From positions 1 to 64,000 of the forward strand of contig KZ538062.1 in NCBI GenBank assembly GCA_000934665.2: a stretch of DNA of 64,000 nucleotides. The letters run 5' to 3'. The notes under the pieces are model-generated. The model ran no database searches and was not told the DNA's origin. It saw only the letters and a list, made by a program, of their open reading frames with translations. The stretch comes from Catajapyx aquilonaris (Eukaryota). This document shows positions 54,002 through 64,000 of the stretch, piece after piece (within the stretch, counting starts at the first letter, position 1; every line of letters begins with the position of its first letter). A program made the position numbers and the translations under genes.

Positions 54002-56577
54002 ATGGCCAATTTCCTACATGTAAGTACTGTATAGCTGTTGTATCAGTTCACCATTCAAATGCATGCTTCGGTGCATCATAAAGCTTGGGATTTGTTTGGG
54101 TTCAAGCACATTCTGCAAGACTATTTATAAAGAGAAAAACGGACAGGACATTGTTGTGAATGAAACTGACAACAATCAAAGTCGCCAACTGAAAATTATA
54201 GTCCAATCACAACACTTGACCATTTGGGCCTGTTACACTGGTGTCATAAAAATTGATAGCTATTGCTTTCTCCCTTTCTTGTCAGAGGACTGCCCAGACT
54301 AATAGATTTTTTTTGCAATAATAATTAAATCTGAATTTCTTACAGGACGTATGCGACAAAAAGTATTGCCCGTGCCTGGTGCCCCTCGATTCAGTGACCA
54401 GAGTTGACCGTCCACATGCCTCGTTTCTACTGCAAGGTCTGCCCCAGTTCAATGTCAGACTGCAAGAATCGCCCATGCTGTACGTCATATATCAACATCT
54501 TATGCAGGGTGTTTTAAAGTGATTCAACCAAACTTATAGAGTAGGCCAAACTGGGCACCAAATAATGATCACTTTAGGTAAAGGTGTCCATTGATCTCAG
54601 CAGCCTCGTTACTGAAAGAAAAAAATGTAGTAAATATAGAGAGTTGAATGGTTTGATTTCTTAGGTTAAAGCTTTATGTTACTTATTTATTATTAAAATC
54701 ACCAACTGTTAATGTTTGTCTGAATAGAAGCATCTTTTTGAATCACTTAGCACTGATGCCACATCAGTTGGCATGAACCACGTATTCCTTCTGAGCAAGA
54801 AACTCCGCGGTTTACGACTTTAAATCTTTCATATTTCTCAGGGGCCCCCTGCAGGAGTACCCCATGTGCAGAGAAAACAGGTTCAACGAAGTGACCGGAT
54901 ATGTGAACCCAGATCAACGATTACTGAGTTATTCCCACCCTCGATACTGCCCACCTGACCGGCATCAAAACGTAATCAACCAGGATCGATACTCATCTAA
55001 TGCCATCACGATCTCTCAAGAAATGCGCAAAGTTGCCATTGCCAGCAAAAAGTAAAAAAAAAATGACAACATGGACACGTATACTTCAGCCAGAATCTCC
55101 AACCGAATCGCAGTTGCATGTGTGTAAATTTTTATTTTCAGGTCAAAAGACATCGAATACGACCACAAGAATACGACTAGGATGTTAAAGCTTCGGATCT
55201 GCGAAACCCAGCAGTGGAAAGACGAGTTGACCAACATACTGCCTGTCCTGGTGGACGCCACGGAGCGTCTGGAGGGCATGAAGGCTGCTCTTCAGCGGGC
55301 AGTGAAAGAGCTAGATGTGCCAATGTGCATCACCAGAAAAATCCTCAACAAGCGTCGCTATCGGGAAGGTCAGAATAGCCCCCGAACGACAACTGTATAT
55401 GTTGCTGAAACTCTGCTTTCTTACGCAGGTATCGACGACGTGCAGGATGTGGCGGAGGTGAGGATGCTGGAAGAGATGGAGATCTACGAAAAGAGCAAGT
55501 CCCAGCTCTGTTGCTTGATTCAGAAAAGCAGCTCTATTGTGAGTTTGGGTCGGATCTTGATATAGAACCTGTTTTTTTGACTGTGACACTAACTGGTTGC
55601 AGTTCGATCTCCTGCACTCAGCTCGCAGAGAAATTGAGCGCGAAATATCCCAGAAGGACCATTCACTTATTCTGGACACCATGGCCAAAGACATTAGCTT
55701 CGACAAGTCCCTCGACCTGTGCTGGGGAATCGAGCGAATAGATACATCGTACAGTATAATATTATCTGTCACATAAATGTTGGTGGGCATTACTGAGTGA
55801 AATTCCAAGCATTGTACACTTGCATTACCAGAATAAGCACCAAGGACCAGTGGGTGGCTCTGACGAAGAAGAACCTCGCCCTGGCCAAGTGCGCCATCCA
55901 GAAGGTGAAAACCTTCTGCACGGAGGCTGAGCAGGTCATCAGGTCTACCTCTGAGGAGATGAGGGATGCCTGGAACAGGACCCAGCAGGCCTTGAAGGAT
56001 AACATCAGGGAGAGCGAACAGGCCAAGGCAGCTCTGTTGGCCAGCCTGCACAAAATCAGAGTGGAGATGTTGAAGCTCCAGGCGGAAGTCCAGGACCACA
56101 AGGCCTTCGTGCATAGGAAGGATGACCTGAGGATCGTCCACAGCCAGATTCAGACTCGGAACCCACGTCCTTGCCTGGAGAGGACTCACGACGACGTGCA
56201 AATAAGGTACTTCATGGACCAACATCACATTTGTTGTAGTAACATGCTTAGCATTGACAACACGAACGATTATTCGCAAGCGTTAACACTAAGAAAATTA
56301 CTCTGTGTGTCCTTGTAACATTGCATGAATTATTATGAAACACCTTGTACTATGATGTTTCAGCCTGACGAACGAGGCGTACGACGTGAACTTCATGTTA
56401 AGCGACGTGCAGAATAACATTCGCAGACTGGGGACGGCATTGCAGGGCCTGGTTCAGACTCAGCTCAACCTGGAGCACGACATCCAGGTGAAGAGCCGCA
56501 CTTTGATCATCGACAGGGAGTGCCTCGAGAAGAGGAGCTTCTACATCCCAGAGGCCCTCCGCAATTTCCTCTCCTAA
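54002..56577 (+). CDS. Tektin (divergent; tektin-3/4/5-like axonemal coiled-coil filament protein)
   Basis: Core exons 54842-55051, 55142-55368, 55429-55538, 55603-55748, 55832-56206, 56364-56577 splice in frame (419 aa from ATG 54864). In-frame upstream exons 54002-54019 and 54346-54479 are less certain. Tektin motifs: LRICETQQWKDEL, RRYREGIDDVQDVAE, STKDQWVALTKKN, RPCLERTHD (signature-loop position), LEHDIQVKSRTLIIDREC. Confidence 0.88.
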
Positions 56578-57319
56578 GAAGCAACAAACTACATTAGGAA
56601 ACAGTCAACGTGCCAATATGTTTGGTAAAAAAAAATATTATGTGTAAGAATAAGACATAAAAAAATAAATTAAGTAATGAAACTACCGAATATGCATTTG
56701 CCAATCAGTGACTATGAATTATGTTAGATTATTTTATTGCATGCAGGGGACAACCTTTCTGAATTCCAGCATTCATTTTGCACAGTATGGCACGTCCTCG
56801 CTGTTGTTTTTCTATTGAGCTTTTACGTCATGCTACTATGTAGTCATTGTTTTGTTGTGTTTGTATTAGTCAAGTACTGTTTGCTCGCCCATTCCGTTGG
56901 CATTATTTTAAATGTAATTTTTGTACTTTCCAATCGCTTATTGGGGCGGGGGAATGTGAAAACTTATAATTTTTCGATTTTTAAATTAAACCCTTAATTT
57001 ACACCATACAGTGGACAGAAAGGCCCATGAAAAAAGTGTTGTCTAAATATTTGCACAAAATTTACTTTGATCACGGGTTATGCCGTGATACACCACTGCA
57101 GTGGTCATTCGATGTCGAATTGCCCTTCTCATATGCTGCATATTACTTATTTCATTGTCGATGTGCACAAGATTTTCATTGCTGATCTATTTTTGATTCA
57201 ACCAGAGAAAACTAGTACTGACGTTACAATTTCATTTATTGCTAGTGTTGATCAGGTGTTGATGCTGCTGCAAGTCATTTGTTGCTGTGGGTACGTTAGT
57301 ACCACTCTATGACTTAAAC

Positions 57320-58284
57320 GTTTCTTCGCAGTTTCCCCAGCACTTCTTCAGAGGTGTTGGAGGAGCAGCGAAGAGGGGGGGGGAGAGGGGGAGAGAGGGG
57401 GAGGAAAGGGGGCGAGAGGGGAGTAATTATTTTGGAAATTTTTAGGCGAGTGGTCACCTCCTTGGGGTCATCCGGACGGACATGCGGCATCACTGTTTCG
57501 TGGCATTTCTCTATGGATTATTAAAATAATAAATTCCAACCCGCTTCTGCTGTGCGTGGAGATGCGCATATCGTCGACGCAGTTTTAGATAGGCAAATTT
57601 TGGTGTAGGCTTGGTCGCCTTCCTGTCTCTTTGACCTTACATATTCGATATTCCCCCCTTTCCACCCCCGCCCCGCTACCCACAAGGACAGGCGGACTGC
57701 TACGTACTGTACATTCGGCTAGCAGGCTATAGGGGCATACTACCTCACATCGAGAGATGTACTGTATATCTAAGTAGGGCCTACTGTGCTCTGTACAGTT
57801 CATTACGAAAGCTCCGACAGATGGAGACCGAGGTAGGGCCTGACCACAGACCAAAAACCTAATATTAGGGCCTTTCAGGTCAAAGGCCAGGCTGAAACAA
57901 ACCATTAGAAATGCCCTAAAAATTGTGCCGATTCATTTGCATGTGCTGGTGATTTTATTGGACCTATAGTTTAAATTGTAGACTTAAATATTTGGAGGAG
58001 TGATAGGTTTGAGAATGGAACTCCCTGGTGTAAGACAAATGTAGGGACTATGGGGTGCGTAGGGTGGGGGTTGCTGGGATGGACAACACAAGCGAAGCCA
58101 CTTGATCATTCAATTGACTTTTAATTCAAAAAAAAGTGACCGCCCCCTCCCATTAAGCAGGTGTCTTAAACATTAAATAAATTTTCTCCCCTCCCCCCCC
58201 TTCCTCTCCCTCTCCACCCCTCTCCCCCCTATTCGCTGCTCCTCTAACACCTCTGAAGAAGTGTTGGGGAAACTGAGAAGGAAC
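57320..58284. mobile_element. Non-autonomous element with ~110-bp terminal inverted repeats (MITE/foldback-like)
   Basis: cagtttccccagcacttcttcagaggtgttggaggagcagcgaa plus a G-rich tract (57329-57432) is mirrored by a C-rich tract plus ttcgctgctcctctaacacctctgaagaagtgttggggaaactg (58176-58275). No transposase ORF and no clear TSD. Confidence 0.75.
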
Positions 58285-58340
58285 AGTCGCCATCTTGGCC
58301 AGAGATGTCGGCTGCAAAGTTTTTTTTTCTGACTCTCAAC

Positions 58341-58413
58341 CAAGGAGACACGGGATTTGAACCTACATCTCCCGATTGAGAGTCTGATGCGTTACCACAC
58401 AGCCACGCTATGC
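58341..58413 (-). pseudogene. tRNA-like relic or SINE head (CTC in the anticodon position)
   Basis: Minus strand reads tggctgtgtggtaa (A box) ... tcagactctcaatcggg ... ggttcaaatcccg (B box); no good acceptor stem. Confidence 0.55.
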
Positions 58414-59230
58414 TGCAACGAGTGTGTGAGTGTTGGAAGGGTCTAGCCTATTTACCAGATGCACTTCAAAGAGAAATAAATGTGAAATGAGAGATGAAGT
58501 AACAGCGGGAAAGGTACATAGCGACAAAAAGAAACGACGTCTTTCTTTCAGGATCCGATCCTTCAACCTTCAGGTTACGAAGAGAGAGTCTTAACTACTT
58601 CGATACTGACACTCTCTCCAGCATGTACTTATTGTAAAGAAAGGGCGCCACAAAATTCAACAATCACCATAAAATATTTGATTTAGGTTACATTTTTTAG
58701 CCTTATTAGTTAGTGTGTTAATAAGTAAAAAAATTGTGTTTCAGTTATATCAAGTAAAAAATGTATATATATTCATTATACAGTATGTTATCAGAAACCC
58801 TTATTTTCGCGGCTTTTCCAGTTTTCCCCGCCACTTCTTCCACCCTTTTCTCCCAGTCTCACAGTCTGATATCTTTTCTCCAACTGAACCTGCGCTACTG
58901 AGCTAGTCAGGGTGTGACCCGAGGTCATGGGTCACACAATGTATTGTACTGTATAAAACATATACGATATACCTACCAGCTGTGTACTTCTTTCTGAAGA
59001 TTTGGAAATGGCCACCCTATACCTGCTACAGAAGGCCTAAAAAGGGACATGTCCACTAAAAGAAAATAATAGATTCCCACACATGAAGAGCATCGACTCT
59101 CACACTCGTCAAAAACAAACAAATCATAAGAAACTGCGCATGTTCCCAAATTATTGTCTGCAGTACGCCACCCCCATCATCACATGATGTTACTCTCGAA
59201 CTGATACTTCAAGGGGTACTCTCTCAAAAG

Positions 59231-59359
59231 CAACGTGTATCCATGGTACACAGCGTTGCGATTTTTTTAAAAATGCACATTGTGTACTGCATTATGTAGC
59301 CTACATGAGTTAGTACAATGCAGTACACAATTTGCTGTGTATACCATGCATACACATTG
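59231..59359. repeat. Nested palindromic (foldback) repeat, MITE-like
   Basis: Outer arms aacgtgtatccatggtacacagc / gctgtgtataccatgcatacacatt; inner perfect 15-bp arms attgtgtactgcatt / aatgcagtacacaat. Confidence 0.65.
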
Positions 59360-60610
59360 TTTTTAGGGCGCTTAAAACTTGTCATAAATAAAATCCTGCT
59401 CTATTTAAAAAATACTTGTGGATCGCTGCGTGAGCCAATAATAAATTGATATGAAGAAATTAATATGAAGAAAAGATAACTAACTCTGCTCGAGTATATG
59501 TGCAGGAAGCGCTCACCTACAATCCTGTAGTCTTGACGAGTACAAAATGAAGGATTAAAAATTGTCAAAAAAAATTATCTCAAAATATGAACGTGGATCA
59601 GTTAAAAGAAAACATAATAACTTAATAATCCCGACTGTTTGAAACATTTATTATGCACATTTAATGGGAGGTTCCTGGTTACAATTAAGCATTGCGAATG
59701 GTCCAACGAGATTGATAGTACCTGATGCAGTTGTGAACTGGGTTGTCTGAAAATCAGGTATGACGCACATTATCTAGATTCAATTTTTTTTGCCATTATT
59801 AGCTCCATATTAGCCACTAGACCAATGAAACACATGACAAATATCTACTGCATATGCGGGTAATTAGCTAGTACTGTAATACAGGCCAATGTTTAACTCG
59901 AACAAATACTTGAGTAACGGATTTTAATGTTTAGATGCAATGACATGCTATAAAATTGAAGCCTTTTTTATTCTAAATTTCCTTAATACTAATATACTGT
60001 ACTTGCCTCCCTGAAGACCTGGCACCCGAAGACCTGGCACACCGAAATTACTCAGTAATTGACCTGGAATCTCAACGAGGAAGAATTGATTGAGACATAA
60101 TTAAGGTTCTTTATTAGCAAGCTTGTTTTTGTTTTTTCCGATCCCCAGATACGGGCACAACACGCATTATATGAAAAAGTTAATCTGTTTAATCGCACGT
60201 ACGTATAGATGTAGATTCTGCTAGGTATGACGGTGCTTCAATATTCCTTCGAGCGTTCCTCTCTGCATTTCTTGCTACTTCTCCTCCAGGGGGTTTATGT
60301 GAACAGGAGCTCTGTCCTGCATCTGAGGAAGAGAACAGATAGTTGTGAAACTATTGGTCATCACTCACTTTAGAGAGACAGACATTAAATAGGACGTTTG
60401 AAATCGTAGATTCGGTTATGCTGAAGTAAAAAAGGCGCATTTATTAGTATAATATAGTGTGTATTGTACACAGCCTATACAGAGCATCTATGCCCTTCTT
60501 TTGGAGATTTGGACATGGTGTCACCCTACATGAAATTATGTTCAATATTATGTGTTATGAACATGTTCATATAGGTCTCCTCGTAATGAAGTAATAACAT
60601 CCTACGAAGT

Positions 60611-60682
60611 GGGGGTGTATCTCAGTGGTAGAGCGTTCGCTTTGCATGTGAAAGGTCCCGGGTTCGATCCCCGGCACCATTT
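60611..60682 (+). tRNA. tRNA-Ala(TGC)-like gene, probably a pseudogene
   Basis: GGGGGTGTATCTCAGTGGTAGAGCGTTCGCTT-TGC-ATGTGAAAGGTCCCGGGTTCGATCCCCGGCACC then ATTTTTT. Anticodon arm (TGC at 60643-60645) and T arm are intact. There is a D-stem mismatch at position 10, and the 3' acceptor strand is CACCATT instead of CACCTCC. Confidence 0.75.
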
Positions 60683-60760
60683 TTTAAGCCCCTTGGGATT
60701 GGAAGCACGACAGGAGCGGGAAAAGCTCCCGAAGTTAGAGGCATATTTGTTTATTGTCTG

Positions 60761-60856
60761 GGAGCACCAGGGAGTACCAAGGAGTACCGAAGAGTACCAA
60801 AGAGTACCAAAGAGTACCACTGCAGGTGTACACCGGAGTACCGAAGTGAGTACCCC
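60761..60856. repeat. 10-bp minisatellite (RGAGTACCAA)
   Basis: Six tandem units 60761-60820 (ggagcaccag ggagtaccaa ggagtaccga agagtaccaa agagtaccaa agagtaccac) plus two degenerate units. Confidence 0.9.
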
Positions 60857-61498
60857 CTTGGCCAGGACAAACGAATATGCAGGGTGGGGTCATGTTATTT
60901 TTTATCAGGAAGTCCCTGACTACGCGTGAGGTGTGTGCAGGCGGCATTGTCATGGTGCAGCAACCAGTCTATATGTTCTTCCACATCTCTGGCCATTTGA
61001 CCCTAAATCGTCTCAAACCATCCCAGTAGGTCCTAAAACTTGCCGTTGACAGTTTTACCAGAGAGGGAGAAACTCCATATGCTTAATTCCTAAAATGTCA
61101 AAGAAAATGATCAGCATTGAGTTGATTTTGCTGCAAACTTGACGCGCCACCTTCGCAGCTGTTAACCCACTCATATATGTTATTGCTTGTCTTACAACTT
61201 GCTTATCAAAAGCCTTGTTCAGCATTCGGTTGGTTGCATCCGAAGTTTTGTTGAGCTGGAAGCAAAATTTACAAATCTTTTGCTCCCTAACATAAGCGAT
61301 TTCGAAAAATCGCAGAAGCACAAGAACACGGTGTCAAGAAAACTGCCGAAACTCGGAAACATGTGCACCTATGAAGACGAAATTTTTCAGACTAATAGAT
61401 GAAAGGTGTACCTAGCGCCCCCTAACGTCACAAGTTCGTACCTCCACTGGATTTCACGGTATATCGACAGTCCAGGAACTTTTTGATCACACATCATC
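60857..61498 (-). mobile_element. Internally deleted, frameshifted mariner (Tc1/mariner) transposon relic
   Basis: Minus-strand peptides: EQKICKFCFQLNKTSDATNRMLNKAF (HTH start) joined to ARQVCSKINSMLIIFFDILGIKHMEFLP, GKTVNGKF, WLLHHDNA, AHTSRVVRDFLIKNNM, PHPAYS (YSPDLAP-like). TIR-like gtgtgatcaaaaagttcctggact at ~61469-61498. Confidence 0.88.
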
Positions 61499-61828
61499 CA
61501 CCTTTAAATTATTTCCGTAGTTTCCATCGATGTGTGGAAGCCGCAAAGAAAGCATACATTCTCTCAAGGGTTCCAAAAAATTTCACACATCACTTTGAGG
61601 GTGGCGCCCGGTGCGGTCCGCACCCCCCGCACCTGCCTAGCGACGCCACTGCCTATATTGCACCATTCACTAGTGATCAGGACAGCACAGGCAGTCATTT
61701 GGAAAGTGCAAGTACTACCATATCTATTATACACAGGCCAATTATTGAAAAAACCTGCCAACAGATGGGAGGATTTTACTGATTTGGATGTCCTTCTGCT
61801 CAAACAGTACATCCCAATGATGGGATAA

Positions 61829-62090
61829 TTGCCCACCAGAAGCAGGCCACTATTACTGCTGACGTTACATACACAACAGGACTCCCAACAATGTCAAGAG
61901 CACAACTACCCCAAGGCTTGTGACTTCAGTGCTTCATTTTATGAACAGGCGAGAATTTTTGAAAGCAATCCCTTGTTGCCCTCACTCAAGTTCAGATTCA
62001 GCTGCCATGTTTAATGTCACCACGTCTTATGCAGTGCAAAATAATCCAGAGAAATGCTCACCAGATAATAATGGTTGTGTCCGAAGACCA
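61829..62090 (+). mobile_element. Possible degenerate PIF/Harbinger transposase fragment
   Basis: RPLLLLT...EHNY...LKFRFSC then, shifted, NPEKCS/QIIMV resemble the recalled HARBI1-type RPWLLTP..YN..LKxRFRCL..PEKC..II. Motif recall only. Confidence 0.3.
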
Positions 62091-62489
62091 TCGAGATGCT
62101 GGATGCTGCGATGAAAGACCAATGATCATGTAGTTATTGTAGAGGATGCTTGCTTAGGGCTGTGAAGGTGGCAGCAGCATGGTAATGTAGACCTGTCAGG
62201 CCATAATCTCAAGGCTGCACCTGCATAAAAGAAAGCATTTTGTAAAATAACGCATGTCAAACCCCAATTACTCAAGTACAAATTTTGATATATTATATCG
62301 TAATTTCATAATTATTATGAATGTCTGCAGAAAACAACTGTCCTACAGTATGTTCAACTCAGCCCATCAGCCAACAATCGATTCAACTTTAATGTCCCCA
62401 AACAGACAAATTAGTGCTGTAAAAAGGTACCACTACCATTGCTGGTGATCTAAATTTGAATGGATCCAAGAAACGAACACTATGCATTA

Positions 62490-62825
62490 TAAATAAATAA
62501 ATAAATAAATTGGTTGGGTAATGCTTTCACCCTATCAGGGTTTATCGCATGGACCTTTATTTGTTGTACACATTGGAGCCTTTATACGTATCGCCCGGGC
62601 CCACGGGCAGGATGACAGGTGGGGATGTGCAAGTGCAGTGCATCTGACGTGTGGTCATTTTTAGTGAGCTCCCCCGGGTGGTTAAGTCTGTGGAAATACC
62701 ACCCGAGACGAAGCCAGAGGTGACCGACCTCTGCACGAGATGAAGGGGGTGTCCCCGGGCTGGGATCGAACCCGGTACCTTAACATCCGTGGGCGCGCGC
62801 GTTACCGCGGCGCCACTCCGTCTCC
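62490..62825 (-). mobile_element. Full-length tRNA-derived SINE (~336 bp) with 12-bp target-site duplication
   Basis: Minus strand: A box tggcgccgcgg, B box ggttcgatccc, unique body, 3' stem-loop, (TTTA)n tail. cactatgcatta flanks both ends (62478-62489 and 62826-62837). Confidence 0.9.
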
Positions 62826-63648
62826 CACTATGCATTAAAATATGAAATATTGCTATTTGCAAACAGGGATTTTGAAGGGAATTAAATTTTTGTAAAATAG
62901 GGCAATATAGGACTGATTTTCTAAATGGCCAACAATTCAGCTTATCAAAATCTGTACCAACATGTAGCAAATGCCAGGTAACAATGCAAATTTACCAACC
63001 GCCGCCATTATATGTCAGTGATCGTCTTTGGCGTAAAATGGCGTACTTAGTGCCTCAGGAGTAGCACAGCAAGGTCAAAGCAAATTGGGCAATATCGCAA
63101 TTTTCTAGTGGTTTTTCTTTTAATTGCTATTACATTGTGGAGACTAGGCATGATTGAGGTAATTTGACTGATCGGTGCTCTATAGGAAGTCATCTCATTC
63201 GGCATAGTCATGATTGCACTTTTTTAAACATCTTTACATGAACCACTTTAATTCATTTAGTGGCATTTAACAGACCATGATGCAGTGCTGCTATTGAATG
63301 GCGTCCCAGCATTTCAATGAGCCAAGGTCAAGTGTCATTCGTCCAGCCCCATTTTATTACACAAATTAATCCAGTATTTCTAATGGAGCTAGTCGCCAAG
63401 CAATTATTGGTTTTTCTTCCCATTGCAATTGCGTTTTTTGCTTATACTGTTCTTGCTGCATTATGTCTGTTAACTCATTCTTACCCGACCAAATTATTTG
63501 ACAGTTTAGGGCAATGTTTTTCATGCCAATAATACAGATTTTAGTTGGCAAGAATCCGATATTATCTGACCTGGTACAACTGACCCTTAATTGCTGCGTG
63601 ATATAAATCTGTAAATGACGGATTTTGAATCGCTGCTGTACTCACCAT

Positions 63649-64000
63649 TCATGCATTCCAGGCGTCTAGTGCTAGGTGTGCGTGGCTTAACCCGATGTCC
63701 AACTTGACCCCACTTGACGGATGACGAAACATCAAAATTCGGTCCACGAAGTGCTGCATCGCTGGTGCCTCATTATCCCCTGTAAACGGAGTTAATTAAA
63801 ATATTGCTTTGCACTTTTAAAAAATTTAATAAGTGTCTGCCTGTATATAACTCGGGCCTTTTTCGTGTCTAAATGAATGAACCTCTGTGCTTTTGTAGTA
63901 TACAGCTTTCGCAAGTAACCCCCACCGAAATGGTGTGCACATACCTGTACTCGTATTGCAGTTGTCTGTAGACCTGGCGAGAATAAGCACGTCCGCCTTC
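63649..64000 (-). CDS. Possible last two coding exons of a gene extending beyond the window, product unknown
   Basis: 64000-63945 (KADVLILARSTDNCNTST, cag|gtatgt) splices in phase 1 to 63779-63649 (DNEAPAMQHFVDRILMFRHP...DAWNA*). No recognisable motif. Confidence 0.25.

Noticed and set aside
55311..56279. 322-aa minus-strand ORF
   Set aside because: Antisense shadow of tektin exons; GTG start and no motif.
60761..60856. CRISPR-like array
   Set aside because: Contiguous 10-bp units without spacers in a eukaryotic context; it is a minisatellite.
62521..62550. Hammerhead ribozyme in the SINE 3' end (stem followed by GAAA)
   Set aside because: The core reads GCGATAA rather than CUGANGA and no stem I/III with a cleavage triplet is evident; treated as a simple stem-loop.

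Overview
Eukaryotic (invertebrate, probably arthropod) genomic DNA with many short spliceosomal introns, so the ORF track shows only exon fragments. Manual splicing on the minus strand gives a ~49 kb head-to-tail tandem array (3.5-52.2 kb) of 16 small membrane-protein genes, labelled Z and A-O here. Fourteen encode four-TM proteins resembling the LAPTM4/Mtp and arthropod DUF4728 type (Cys-rich N-terminus, 'LLxYG..K/R..LLPWL' core, 'F.VVYS(H/Y)' TM4) with a shared phase 0-1-0 intron pattern. Two (Z, A) are 2-TM derivatives with phase 1 and 2 downstream introns. Copies are very divergent and sit in positional subfamilies: some have PPxY-bearing tails, some a Cys-stapled loop. On the plus strand is a divergent multi-exon tektin gene (54.0-56.6 kb). 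The last 7 kb is repeat-rich: a long inverted-repeat element, tRNA-like relics, a defective tRNA-Ala(TGC), an internally deleted mariner, a possible Harbinger relic and a complete tRNA-derived SINE with 12-bp target-site duplications. Gene models were built by hand from splice sites and reading frame; family names come from recalled motifs, not searches.
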